Below, piece by piece: positions 49,903 through 57,900 of a stretch of DNA of 64,000 bases (the first letter of the stretch is position 1; the number at the start of each line of letters is the position of its first letter). Location of the stretch: the IMG/VR virus record IMGVR_UViG_3300032237_000868, positions 25,157 through 89,156 of that record. One strand, 5' to 3'. The notes under the pieces were generated by a model, which worked only from the letters and a program-made list of their open reading frames with translations, had not been told where the DNA came from and made no database searches. A program made the position numbers and the translations under genes. Source of the DNA: a virus (taxonomy: Duplodnaviria; Caudoviricetes).

Positions 49903-50466
49903 TCAATCTTTGATTTCAAAATTATCTGTAGGATAACGAGTTACAATATCGTCCAATTTTTCAGCCAATGTAGGTTTATTACTTTCCTCTAATTTTGTAC
50001 GCAAATAATCTCGTAAACTTAATAGATGTTTGCACAATCCGGGGCGCAAATATGGATTGGTTATTTTTGGAAAATTTCCATTGCATTGATTTAAACTGCT
50101 TGTACCCATTGGTCCTGCATCTTTATCATTATTTGCATATGCATATTTGTATCTATAGTCTTCACAGGTGCAATCTACCTTACATGGAATATCAATTGCA
50201 CTTGTATTGATATTTTCTTTTTTAAATGTAATTCTACCTTTGTGGTTAATGCCGTTCGGATTTTCGAGACGCGGTGTAATATGACTAGAATCGCTTTTGT
50301 AACTAAAATTCCAATATTCGTTTGTTGCATCTGCTCGCATTGGAAGTGATTGTGTTCTCATTTTCAATGCGCGTTTTTTTCTTTTTGGCTCCGAAAATTT
50401 CATGAGTTCACTAAATGATAGTATCTCATTTAATACTCGTTTAGCGATATTGGATATTGATATCAT
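49903..50466 (-). CDS. SWIM zinc-finger protein
   Basis: VDCTCEDY...LCKHLL; start moved to MISISNIAKRVLNE. Confidence 0.75.
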   Translation of the reverse strand: MISISNIAKRVLNEILSFSELMKFSEPKRKKRALKMRTQSLPMRADATNEYWNFSYKSDSSHITPRLENPNGINHKGRITFKKENINTSAIDIPCKVDCTCEDYRYKYAYANNDKDAGPMGTSSLNQCNGNFPKITNPYLRPGLCKHLLSLRDYLRTKLEESNKPTLAEKLDDIVTRYPTDNFEIKD

Positions 50467-50479
50467 GTATATAAATATA

Positions 50480-51541
50480 TTACATATCATTAAATGTAAA
50501 AACTTTCAGTGCGCTCGGATCGTTTTTAACTAAATCATTTAAAATTTCATATGGATTTCCATGCACTGGTAGATTTGCCATATCAAATATTCCAGTATCA
50601 TCAAAATTCATATCATCGACAGTATTATGATGAAAATCAAATGTTTTTTGACGTCGATCATAGTACGGAATTGGCTGTGTATGTGTATAAAATGGCTTGG
50701 TCACAATATGAATAAATTGAGGATCATTCTGTGATTCGGAAAAATTAATAATTGCATATACATGACTGTTATAACTGAATCTGTCCCATTGCTCTCCTGC
50801 TAGACCATATTCATCTCCATACGTAAAACACCAAATACTATTACACCCAATTATTTTTATTCCACTCTGACTTGTTACATCTACAATTACAATATTATTT
50901 TTATCATATACAATTTTTAACGAGTCTGAGTTTTTTTCAACTAATTTTTGAAGTTCTTGTTTTGTATATGCCGATCCATGTAACAAATTTATTTTATCTT
51001 CCACGAAATTTGCTACAGCATCGAATGTTGTATGATTACTACTAAATATTTTTTTATAAATTGCCGCTTTTGTTTCTGGAGTTCTATTATCAAGAAGATT
51101 CAGATGTGAATCGATATACAAAATGACATCCTTCAACCGTTGAAATTTATTTTCATTTCGTGGAATAGAAATATCAAACTTTAAATTTCTTTTTGCTATC
51201 GAAGGCCACTTATTAAGTATTTTTATTATTTCTTCTCGGTTTTTTAATAAGCGACGTGTCACAATAACATTCGCTGAATCATACGAAAAACCTTCTATAG
51301 GAAATATATTTTTATTGTAGTTTTTTAACTGAACAACTGCATTCTTCCATTCATTGTCGCTCCATTTTATATGACTTTGTTGATCCTCAATATACAAATC
51401 AGCCAATGTCTTAAAAGTATAATCGCTATTGGATAATTTTTTTAAAAAATTTACAGCAACCTGATCCAATTTATTTGTATTGATATACAATTTTTGTGCA
51501 ATTTGAAAATTTTCAATAATTAATTGTTTTAATGCGACCAT
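50480..51541 (-). CDS. Hypothetical protein, possibly capsid-internal
   Basis: 353 aa; N-terminus MVALKQLIIE. Confidence 0.7.
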   Translation of the reverse strand: MVALKQLIIENFQIAQKLYINTNKLDQVAVNFLKKLSNSDYTFKTLADLYIEDQQSHIKWSDNEWKNAVVQLKNYNKNIFPIEGFSYDSANVIVTRRLLKNREEIIKILNKWPSIAKRNLKFDISIPRNENKFQRLKDVILYIDSHLNLLDNRTPETKAAIYKKIFSSNHTTFDAVANFVEDKINLLHGSAYTKQELQKLVEKNSDSLKIVYDKNNIVIVDVTSQSGIKIIGCNSIWCFTYGDEYGLAGEQWDRFSYNSHVYAIINFSESQNDPQFIHIVTKPFYTHTQPIPYYDRRQKTFDFHHNTVDDMNFDDTGIFDMANLPVHGNPYEILNDLVKNDPSALKVFTFNDM

Positions 51542-51649
51542 ATAAATAAATAGTTAAAAAAAACACTAATATATTTATTTATTAGAGTTATAATTATTTA
51601 TTAATTTATGCTGAATTTGCATCCAGACATTTAGACTATCAATTGAATG

Positions 51650-52132
51650 CTAAACTGGTATCTTTTTGAGCTTGCTAATAGGCAGATTATAACAATCTGC
51701 CTTAAATTTCCATTTGTATGAAGAGCTTTCGTCAATGGTTCCCTTTTTGTTTAATTGAGCATGTTTATAAAAGTAATCTTTACTACAGCCGCCTAATATC
51801 CATGCTCTACTAAAATCTTCCATTACGCGAACAAAAAAATATACGTCACATTTTTGACGTATATTGTATGCGGCAACACTACAATAATAATGTGGTTGCG
51901 GAGGACTTGTGCAAGTTTTTGTTTTTACATCTATTTTGATATCGTCTTTAACAATATCATAATCATATGTATTTTTTGACTTGCCACCAATATATTCATT
52001 TACCAACAATTCTCCCAAAAATCCATAAACGTTTCCTTTGCCTTTTGTAATACTATTATTTAGTATTCCCATTTCTTTGGATTTACGCTTGGCAATTGAA
52101 ATTTGTTTTTTAGTTGGAATTACTTCTATCAT
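51650..52132 (-). CDS. PD-(D/E)XK nuclease-like protein
   Basis: GFLGE...YDIVKDDIKIDVKTK. Confidence 0.65.
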   Translation of the reverse strand: MIEVIPTKKQISIAKRKSKEMGILNNSITKGKGNVYGFLGELLVNEYIGGKSKNTYDYDIVKDDIKIDVKTKTCTSPPQPHYYCSVAAYNIRQKCDVYFFVRVMEDFSRAWILGGCSKDYFYKHAQLNKKGTIDESSSYKWKFKADCYNLPISKLKKIPV

Positions 52133-52241
52133 CTTTATTAAGATACTCTTCTAATCTAGTATTAGATTCCACAAAATCTAGAAATTGATAATGCTACAAA
52201 AATATACGAGCATATCACTATGATTCTCATTATTATATATT

Positions 52242-52601
52242 TCATTTCTTTTTCTTGGACTTTTTGAGTTTATCTTGATTTTTAATCTCACCGGCGCATT
52301 GTTTACCTAGTTCCGTCAATCCAAACTCTGGTTTTCCTTCATCATCAAATCCAGTAATTTTAAGTATTCCATCTTTTACTAACTTTTCTACAGTGGTTTT
52401 TACTTCCTCCAACGCAATCATATTATATATTTCAATAGCGTCTTCTCTGGAAGCTGCCTCATGATCCATAATATATTTTATTGAAGCTTCATACTCACGT
52501 TCTTTAACTTCTTCATCACTAATATCAAAATCTAACTTTGAACAATGGTCTAGTAGTTGATCAATGGTGCCGGTGAATGTTGTGTTGATGTTTTCTTTCA
52601 T
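52242..52601 (-). CDS. Hypothetical protein
   Basis: Start moved to MKENINTT; the upstream extension is a tRNA remnant. Confidence 0.65.
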   Translation of the reverse strand: MKENINTTFTGTIDQLLDHCSKLDFDISDEEVKEREYEASIKYIMDHEAASREDAIEIYNMIALEEVKTTVEKLVKDGILKITGFDDEGKPEFGLTELGKQCAGEIKNQDKLKKSKKKK

Positions 52602-52609
52602 ATAGAGAT

Positions 52610-52637
52610 TGGTGCGTGTGACAGGATTTGAACCTGC
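52610..52637 (-). pseudogene. tRNA 3' remnant (T arm + acceptor strand + CCA)
   Basis: GCAGGTTCAAATCCTGTCACACGCACCA with no matching 5' strand. Confidence 0.7.
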
Positions 52638-52918
52638 AACAGTTCGATATAGTTGCTTCATTCAGATCATCAATAATGATATTTACATTTTTGAATTTTA
52701 AACTTCCTTTGGAAGGCGAATTATCAGAAGTTTCTTTTGTGGTTTAACCAACATTGGTATTGACATGATTAACATAATAGGTTATTCCTTTTGTTTTTAA
52801 TATCCACATTGGGATATTAGTATCAGTCAAATGAGCTTTGTTGAAGTGAAATACAACTTCTTTGCAATTCTATAATGTAGTCATATGATGTATCCTTATT
52901 ACGTGCAATAGCATAGAT

Positions 52919-53095
52919 TCACTCTGCGCGATTGTCAATCTTTTTCTGTGCCTCTATCCAATCATTTTTGTGATTTTTAAGCCAATCAATAAGTGCCGAT
53001 TCAAATCCTACGTCGTGATTTTGCCTTTCACTTTCTATCCATTTATGTTTCATTATTTCTTCACGAATAAAAATAAATTTTTGATATAAAGACAT
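52919..53095 (-). CDS. DUF4032-like small protein (58 aa, not in track)
   Basis: REEIMKHKWIESERQNHDVGFESALIDWLKNH. Confidence 0.65.
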   Translation of the reverse strand: MSLYQKFIFIREEIMKHKWIESERQNHDVGFESALIDWLKNHKNDWIEAQKKIDNRAE

Positions 53096-53116
53096 AGACT
53101 TTTTATATATATTATT

Positions 53117-53338
53117 ATGAAAGCTAAAATATTACTTTTAATTACAATGGCATTTCTTTTTGGATGCAACAACAAAAAAATCATTAGTATTGATGGTCAC
53201 ACATACACTTTGATTCGTGCAGGGCAAACAAATGCTAATGGTATTAATGATATAGAATTATGGGAACGTAAAGGAGTTACAAATAGATATTATACACCGT
53301 CAATTGATGGTAAATTTATGCATCCAATTATGAAATAA
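53117..53338 (+). CDS. Small lipoprotein
   Basis: Lipobox-like LFGC after hydrophobic helix. Confidence 0.55.
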   Translation: MKAKILLLITMAFLFGCNNKKIISIDGHTYTLIRAGQTNANGINDIELWERKGVTNRYYTPSIDGKFMHPIMK

Positions 53339-54056
53339 TGTCAGAATCTGTGATTTCTTCAAGCGCATGATAAATTACAGATTTTTTATCATCATATTTT
53401 GTTGACAAAAAATCTATTTTATCTAATTTATCGCCAACATTACGCTTGTTATTATAACGCTCATAATAATGATTGTAATACAATTCTTTCTCTATTTTGT
53501 CTAAGCGACTTTCCAATTCTCCATATAAAGGAGTGTAGTGTGTAAGATAATATGGTTTTGTAACTTCTTTTAACATCCACGGAAATCGAAAATAATAATG
53601 TGGACGAAAATGTTTTATACATTCCTGAAATAATTTTTTTTCACATGAACAGTTATACAAACTGGAATGATACCACAGATATTTTTCTATTGATTTAATT
53701 TTTTCAATATCAGATGCTCTTTTTGCTTCTGTATAATAAAATTTGAAACGTGGATCTGTTGCTGATTTCAAATATGCGTGTTTCTCAACACTCGTTTTTT
53801 TAGTGCGAGTGATAAAATCTTTGTTGGAATGATACGCTTTCTTTTGCCCAAGAAAATTTATTACCTCTAAAATTTTTGGATAATCACCGCGTTGCTTAAC
53901 ATCATCACGCAATTCCAAACTACGAACATAACCATGATGTATCGGTATATCCAATTTAATTGGAACAATATTGTATTTTTGTCGGCGCAACGTATCTGCT
54001 TCTCGAATCAAAGCCAACGCTCGTTTTTTCTCCTTTTCTTTTTTATGTAGGTCCAT
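53328..54056 (-). CDS. Hypothetical basic protein
   Basis: 242 aa ORF. Confidence 0.7.
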   Translation of the reverse strand: MDLHKKEKEKKRALALIREADTLRRQKYNIVPIKLDIPIHHGYVRSLELRDDVKQRGDYPKILEVINFLGQKKAYHSNKDFITRTKKTSVEKHAYLKSATDPRFKFYYTEAKRASDIEKIKSIEKYLWYHSSLYNCSCEKKLFQECIKHFRPHYYFRFPWMLKEVTKPYYLTHYTPLYGELESRLDKIEKELYYNHYYERYNNKRNVGDKLDKIDFLSTKYDDKKSVIYHALEEITDSDIIS

Positions 54057-54058
54057 AA

Positions 54059-54286
54059 TCAGTCACTTTTAACAACAGATGAAAAATTACTTAATTCAAC
54101 TGTTTTTGATTCTTTATTACTTGCTTCTACATGCTTGCGAATATATCTCAAAAACAATAATGCTTTGTCCTCTGCAAACAAAGTTGCTTTTCCAATATCC
54201 TCAAGCGGCACTGGAAATTCAAATCCACATTCAGTCGAATAAATATCTAATAATAATAACAGATATAATTGATATAAAGTGAGCAT
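54059..54286 (-). CDS. Hypothetical phage protein
   Basis: GFEFPVPLEDIGKATLFAEDKALLFLRYIRKH; start uncertain. Confidence 0.55.
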   Translation of the reverse strand: MLTLYQLYLLLLLDIYSTECGFEFPVPLEDIGKATLFAEDKALLFLRYIRKHVEASNKESKTVELSNFSSVVKSD

Positions 54287-54362
54287 CGTGTTGGAATCGA
54301 ACCAACTCTGTGTTACCACTACGGTTTTGCAGACCGCAACCTTCCCATTTGGCTAACGATGC
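54282..54362 (-). tRNA. tRNA-Cys(GCA) with long variable arm, CCA not encoded
   Basis: GCGGT-CTGCAAA-ACCGT, V arm GTG-GTAA-CAC, U73. Confidence 0.85.
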
Positions 54363-54465
54363 ATAAAACTAACATATAGCTATTTGACTGACGCTGTTGT
54401 GCTTCGTCAAATATACATTCTCAAGAAACAGCAAAATTAAGAATTACTATATGTTTGTTTAAAAA

Positions 54466-54541
54466 TGGCTGGCACTATAGGACTTGAACCTATAATCTTT
54501 CGGGTCAGAGCCGATTGCGTTATCCATTACGCTAAGTGCCA
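54466..54541 (-). tRNA. tRNA-Gln(CTG)
   Basis: TCGG-CTCTGAC-CCGA, CCA. Confidence 0.92.
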
Positions 54542-54545
54542 ATTA

Positions 54546-54619
54546 TGGAGCCAATTATCAGAATCGAACTGATATTTATTGTTTACGAAACAATCGTTCT
54601 ACCATTGAACTAAATTGGC
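54546..54619 (-). tRNA. tRNA-Thr(CGT)
   Basis: ATTGT-TTCGTAA-ACAAT, CCA. Confidence 0.92.
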
Positions 54620-54750
54620 ATTGGTGGGTTCTTTCCCTCTGTCATTCAGCATGGTGCGAGATTTCAACCTCTACCATTAACGGAGCGAATTGCCGCTAGA
54701 TACTATAAATTGGGGTGTTTTTTGAACTTTGAGAAACTATTTATTAGTAG

Positions 54751-55473
54751 ATGAAACCGCTTTACACCCCAAACGAATTCAATGAAGCAAAATCTCGTAA
54801 TACGCTTCCTTTCGAATGTGAATATTGTCGTTCTACATTTTATAGCACGAAAAACGAAATTCAAAAATCTATTAAGAGACAAGAAGAAGGAAATCGTCGT
54901 CGTAACGATTTGAAATATTGCTCCAAAAAATGCAGTGGACTTTCAAAAATAACAGGATTGCATCTTCATTGTGAACAATGCAAAAAGACAATTTACAAAC
55001 AACGCCGAAACATTTCAAAAAACAGACATCATTTTTGTTCATCTTCATGCGCTGCTACATATAGCAACACACACAAAACAACTGGTTATCGTCGTTCCAA
55101 GCTTGAGATTTGGATCGAAGAACAACTCACCAAGAAATATCCAACCCTCCCAATTCGCTATAACAAAACTGATGTCATAAATGCGGAGTTGGACATATTC
55201 ATCCCCTCATTGAAACTGGCGTTTGAGTTGAATGGTATTTTTCATTATGAAGATATTTATGGGACACTCAATAAAATTCAAAAAAACGATTCAAAAAAAT
55301 TCCAAAAATGTATCGAATTAGGAATCGGATTGTGTGTAATCGATGTATCACATCAAAATCGATTCACTGAAAAATCCAGTGCACAGTTTTTGGATATTAT
55401 CTATAATATTATAGATCAAAAAATGGGGTGGTATATGGGTAACGATCCCATTCCGCAAGCTTCACAGGCTTGA
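54751..55473 (+). CDS. Vsr-like homing endonuclease with CxxC repeats, antisense to tRNA array
   Basis: ELDIFIPSLKLAFELNGIFHY; YCSKKC, FCSSSC. Confidence 0.85.
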   Translation: MKPLYTPNEFNEAKSRNTLPFECEYCRSTFYSTKNEIQKSIKRQEEGNRRRNDLKYCSKKCSGLSKITGLHLHCEQCKKTIYKQRRNISKNRHHFCSSSCAATYSNTHKTTGYRRSKLEIWIEEQLTKKYPTLPIRYNKTDVINAELDIFIPSLKLAFELNGIFHYEDIYGTLNKIQKNDSKKFQKCIELGIGLCVIDVSHQNRFTEKSSAQFLDIIYNIIDQKMGWYMGNDPIPQASQA

Positions 55474-55500
55474 ATGTTAAACCTTCACACTCATACCACC
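55424..55500 (-). tRNA. tRNA-His(GTG)
   Basis: CAAGC-CTGTGAA-GCTTG, G-1:C73, T loop ATCGTTA. Confidence 0.88.
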
Positions 55501-55509
55501 ATTATAACT

Positions 55510-55586
55510 TGGAGCTTTATTTCAGACTTGCACTGAATTCTCAAGTTTACCGAACTTGTGTAATAAACTACTTATACGAATGAAAC
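55510..55586 (-). tRNA. tRNA-Thr(GGT)
   Basis: CAAGT-TCGGTAA-ACTTG; one acceptor mismatch. Confidence 0.75.
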
Positions 55587-55605
55587 ATAACTGTCAATCT
55601 AAAAA

Positions 55606-55680
55606 CGGCACGGAGTTAGGGTGCTACCCCCTACACAGAATCTTTTGGAGAGATTCTTACACAGCTAACGTGTCCTCCGC
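55606..55680 (-). tRNA. tRNA-Trp(CCA), atypical
   Basis: AATCT-CTCCAAA-AGATT; T loop GGTAGCA; ends GCCG. Confidence 0.65.
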
Positions 55681-55692
55681 ATTGCATTAAAA

Positions 55693-55769
55693 TGGTAGAG
55701 CCACGGGGAATTGAACCCACGATCTGAACATTGAAAGTGTTCTATCCTAAGCCATTAGACGATGACTCC
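55693..55769 (-). tRNA. tRNA-Glu(TTC)
   Basis: GAACA-CTTTCAA-TGTTC, CCA. Confidence 0.92.
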
Positions 55770-55780
55770 ATTATAAAAAT

Positions 55781-55864
55781 TGGTAGGCGCGGTAGGATTT
55801 GAACCTGCAATTTCAGTTCCAATTACTACCTAGCGGTTTCGAAGACCGTGGAGACTACGCACCC
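55781..55864 (-). tRNA. D-armless tRNA-Arg(TCG)-like RNA
   Basis: Acceptor, only 8 nt before CGGT-CTTCGAA-ACCG, 24-nt post-anticodon region, normal T arm, CCA. Confidence 0.65.
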
Positions 55865-55872
55865 ATTGTAAA

Positions 55873-56181
55873 TTAATTTTTTACTATCTGAACACTTGGA
55901 TATATATTTCTTTCTGTTTGACTGCGTATCGTTTCAAAATATGAAGCCATATGATTCAGCACATTTTCGGCCATTGGTTCTAACCAATCATTCGGTTTAT
56001 ATTCTGTTACGCTTATTCCACCACGAACCGCTTTTAGGTTGCCTGATTCAAATTGTTTTTTTAGAAACGCCATCAATTCATTTTTTAAAACTCGTCGATG
56101 TTCTATTACAAAAATTTCATTCAATTGATTTTGTAGTGTTAAATTTCTATGTTTAATAAACGTTTCTTCAAAAAGATTCAT
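55873..56181 (-). CDS. Hypothetical protein
   Basis: 102 aa ORF with late-type motif upstream. Confidence 0.65.
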   Translation of the reverse strand: MNLFEETFIKHRNLTLQNQLNEIFVIEHRRVLKNELMAFLKKQFESGNLKAVRGGISVTEYKPNDWLEPMAENVLNHMASYFETIRSQTERNIYPSVQIVKN

Positions 56182-56334
56182 ATGTTAATAAATATTAATT
56201 GAGTTTGTAAAATACATATTAATTTTTTTTAAAATGGTTTGTTAGTAGGTATTAATTATAAATATTTTTTTTATTCGTCTATATATACAAATTTAATTAT
56301 AGCAAAACATTAAAAAATTTAACTATTCTTTTTT

Positions 56335-56411
56335 TGGTGCTTATGCTGAGATTTGAACTCAGAACTTTTCTTTCGTAGAGAAATATGATTATCCAATTTC
56401 ACCACACAAGC
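56335..56411 (-). tRNA. tRNA-Arg(ACG)
   Basis: TTTCT-CTACGAA-AGAAA, CCA. Confidence 0.88.
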
Positions 56412-56428
56412 ATGTATGTTTTTAAATT

Positions 56429-56507
56429 TGGCGAATCGGGTGGGAGTCGAACCCACATTAGTCCAGTTATGCACCAATCGCTTAGAAGGCGCGGCCAATA
56501 CCGATTC
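56429..56507 (-). tRNA. D-armless tRNA-Arg(TCT)-like RNA
   Basis: GAATCGG/CCGATTC-GCCA, CGC-CTTCTAA-GCG directly after a short linker, long post-anticodon region. Confidence 0.65.
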
Positions 56508-56519
56508 ATTTTTAAAATT

Positions 56520-56647
56520 ACGAGATGCATTTTTTACTTTTATACTCTACCATTGAGCTATCGCGGCATAACGAGCCGCGAGTGAGATTCGAACTCACAA
56601 CCTTTGATTTACATATCAATTAGTATATTTGTTGCTGTATACATCTC
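56520..56647 (-). ncRNA. Circularly permuted tRNA-like RNA 1 (ACAGCAA family)
   Basis: Order: outer helix-ACAGCAA-anticodon-like arm-T arm-TCGCGGC-loop-GCCGCGA-D arm-outer helix. Confidence 0.85.
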
Positions 56648-56652
56648 TAAAT

Positions 56653-56725
56653 TGGTAGTTCTACTCAGACTTGAACTGAGAAAAATCGCTAATCAGGCAA
56701 TTATGTTACATTACATCATAGAACC
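56653..56725 (-). tRNA. tRNA-Ile(GAT)
   Basis: TTGC-CTGATTA-GCGA, CCA. Confidence 0.8.
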
Positions 56726-56732
56726 ATTAAAA

Positions 56733-56853
56733 ACTAGATACATTTTTCAGGGTTTTGCCATTAAACTATCGCGGCGTCAATAATGCCGCGAGTGGGATTC
56801 GAACACCACATCACTCTCTTCGTAGGAGAATTTTTTGTTGCTGTATGTATCTT
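56733..56853 (-). ncRNA. Circularly permuted tRNA-like RNA 2 (ACAGCAA family), ACG loop
   Basis: Same order as copy 1; AGATACAT/ATGTATCT; TTCTC-CTACGAA-GAGAG. Confidence 0.85.
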
Positions 56854-56857
56854 AAAT

Positions 56858-56935
56858 TGGTTGTCCCGGTCGGACTTGAACCGACGACCCATGCGTTATC
56901 AACACATTGCTCTAAACCAACTGAGCTACGAGACA
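56858..56935 (-). tRNA. tRNA-Ile(GAT), second copy
   Basis: ATGTG-TTGATAA-CGCAT, CCA. Confidence 0.9.
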
Positions 56936-56943
56936 ATTAAAAA

Positions 56944-57021
56944 TGGCGAGGGTGGCCGGATTTGAACCGAGCGATCTACACAGTGACAGTGTGTTATGTT
57001 GACCAACTACACCACACCCCC
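56944..57021 (-). tRNA. tRNA-Asp(GTC)
   Basis: ACACA-CTGTCAC-TGTGT, CCA. Confidence 0.92.
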
Positions 57022-57029
57022 ATTAAAAT

Positions 57030-57106
57030 TGGTGGAATCACCGGGACTTGAACCCGGATCACGATATTAAGAGTATCGTAGTCTAATCCAATTGACTTAT
57101 GATTCC
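57030..57106 (-). tRNA. tRNA-Lys(CTT)
   Basis: CGATA-CTCTTAA-TATCG, CCA. Confidence 0.94.
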
Positions 57107-57257
57107 ATATTAAATTATCCAACACCGTTGCAACGATGTTAGCACCAACATGATAGTTTGCCAAAGCTTATTCGGTTATTATTCGTCGTCAATAATAATC
57201 CCGCTATCTCTTTTACCACACGACCTGCTTCATAGAGTTGGTGTTAAAGTTATTTTT

Positions 57258-57455
57258 TTATCCAAACCACAAAACACACCATTCATGGATTTCATTTCTT
57301 CTAGTTCCCTTGAGTTTCAAGAGTTTTTCATACAAACTTTTGATGTATTTATCCACATTTTGTTTTGTTAATGAACTATTCAACAATTCACCTTTATGCA
57401 TGGCATATTCTTTACAACACTGTTGATATGTTTTGTTTTTATAAAAATTTGGCAT
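57258..57455 (-). CDS. Small hypothetical protein
   Basis: Start moved to MPNFYKNK. Confidence 0.5.
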   Translation of the reverse strand: MPNFYKNKTYQQCCKEYAMHKGELLNSSLTKQNVDKYIKSLYEKLLKLKGTRRNEIHEWCVLWFG

Positions 57456-57472
57456 ATAACTTTTTATGAAAT

Positions 57473-57549
57473 TGGAGTCCAAGGTTGGATTTGAACCAAC
57501 GACCCGTAGGGTTTTTTTGCCCCACGCTCTTTCTCTGAGTTACTTGGAC
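57473..57549 (-). tRNA. Atypical tRNA with poly-A anticodon loop (Cys-like body)
   Basis: Perfect acceptor and T arm, U73, GTGGGG-CAAAAAAA-CCCTAC. Confidence 0.55.
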
Positions 57550-57560
57550 ATTATAAAAAT

Positions 57561-57638
57561 TGGTGGCCCCGGTGGGACTTGAACCCACAACCTTCTCCTT
57601 AAAAGGGAGTTACTCTAAACCAATTGAGTTACAAGGCC
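57561..57638 (-). tRNA. tRNA-Lys(TTT)
   Basis: CTCC-CTTTTAA-GGAG, CCA. Confidence 0.95.
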
Positions 57639-57719
57639 ATAAATTATACTGGATTTCACGAATCGTTCCACATTTACTTGTCTAGAATTTTTCAATGCGT
57701 CTACCAGTCAGCCAATAAT

Positions 57720-57790
57720 CTATTGCGTGGGGATCGAACCCATATCTTCGGCTCTATGCCGACGCTTTTGCCCTATAAGCTACTACAATG
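57720..57790 (-). pseudogene. tRNA-like element, loop CATAGAG, no CCA
   Basis: D arm GCTT/AAGC, TCGG/CCGA, T arm intact, weak acceptor. Confidence 0.5.
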
Positions 57791-57900
57791 TTATTGCTAA
57801 TTAAATCCTTCGCCGCACCGCAACACTGCGGATCTATAGATATACTCCGATTCATCTATATTAACTTCAAGCGATATTGAAGGCGACTACTACTAAAAAT

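Noticed and set aside
54622-54700. tRNA-like fragment ending CCCACCA
   Set aside because: No consistent acceptor pairing or anticodon arm.
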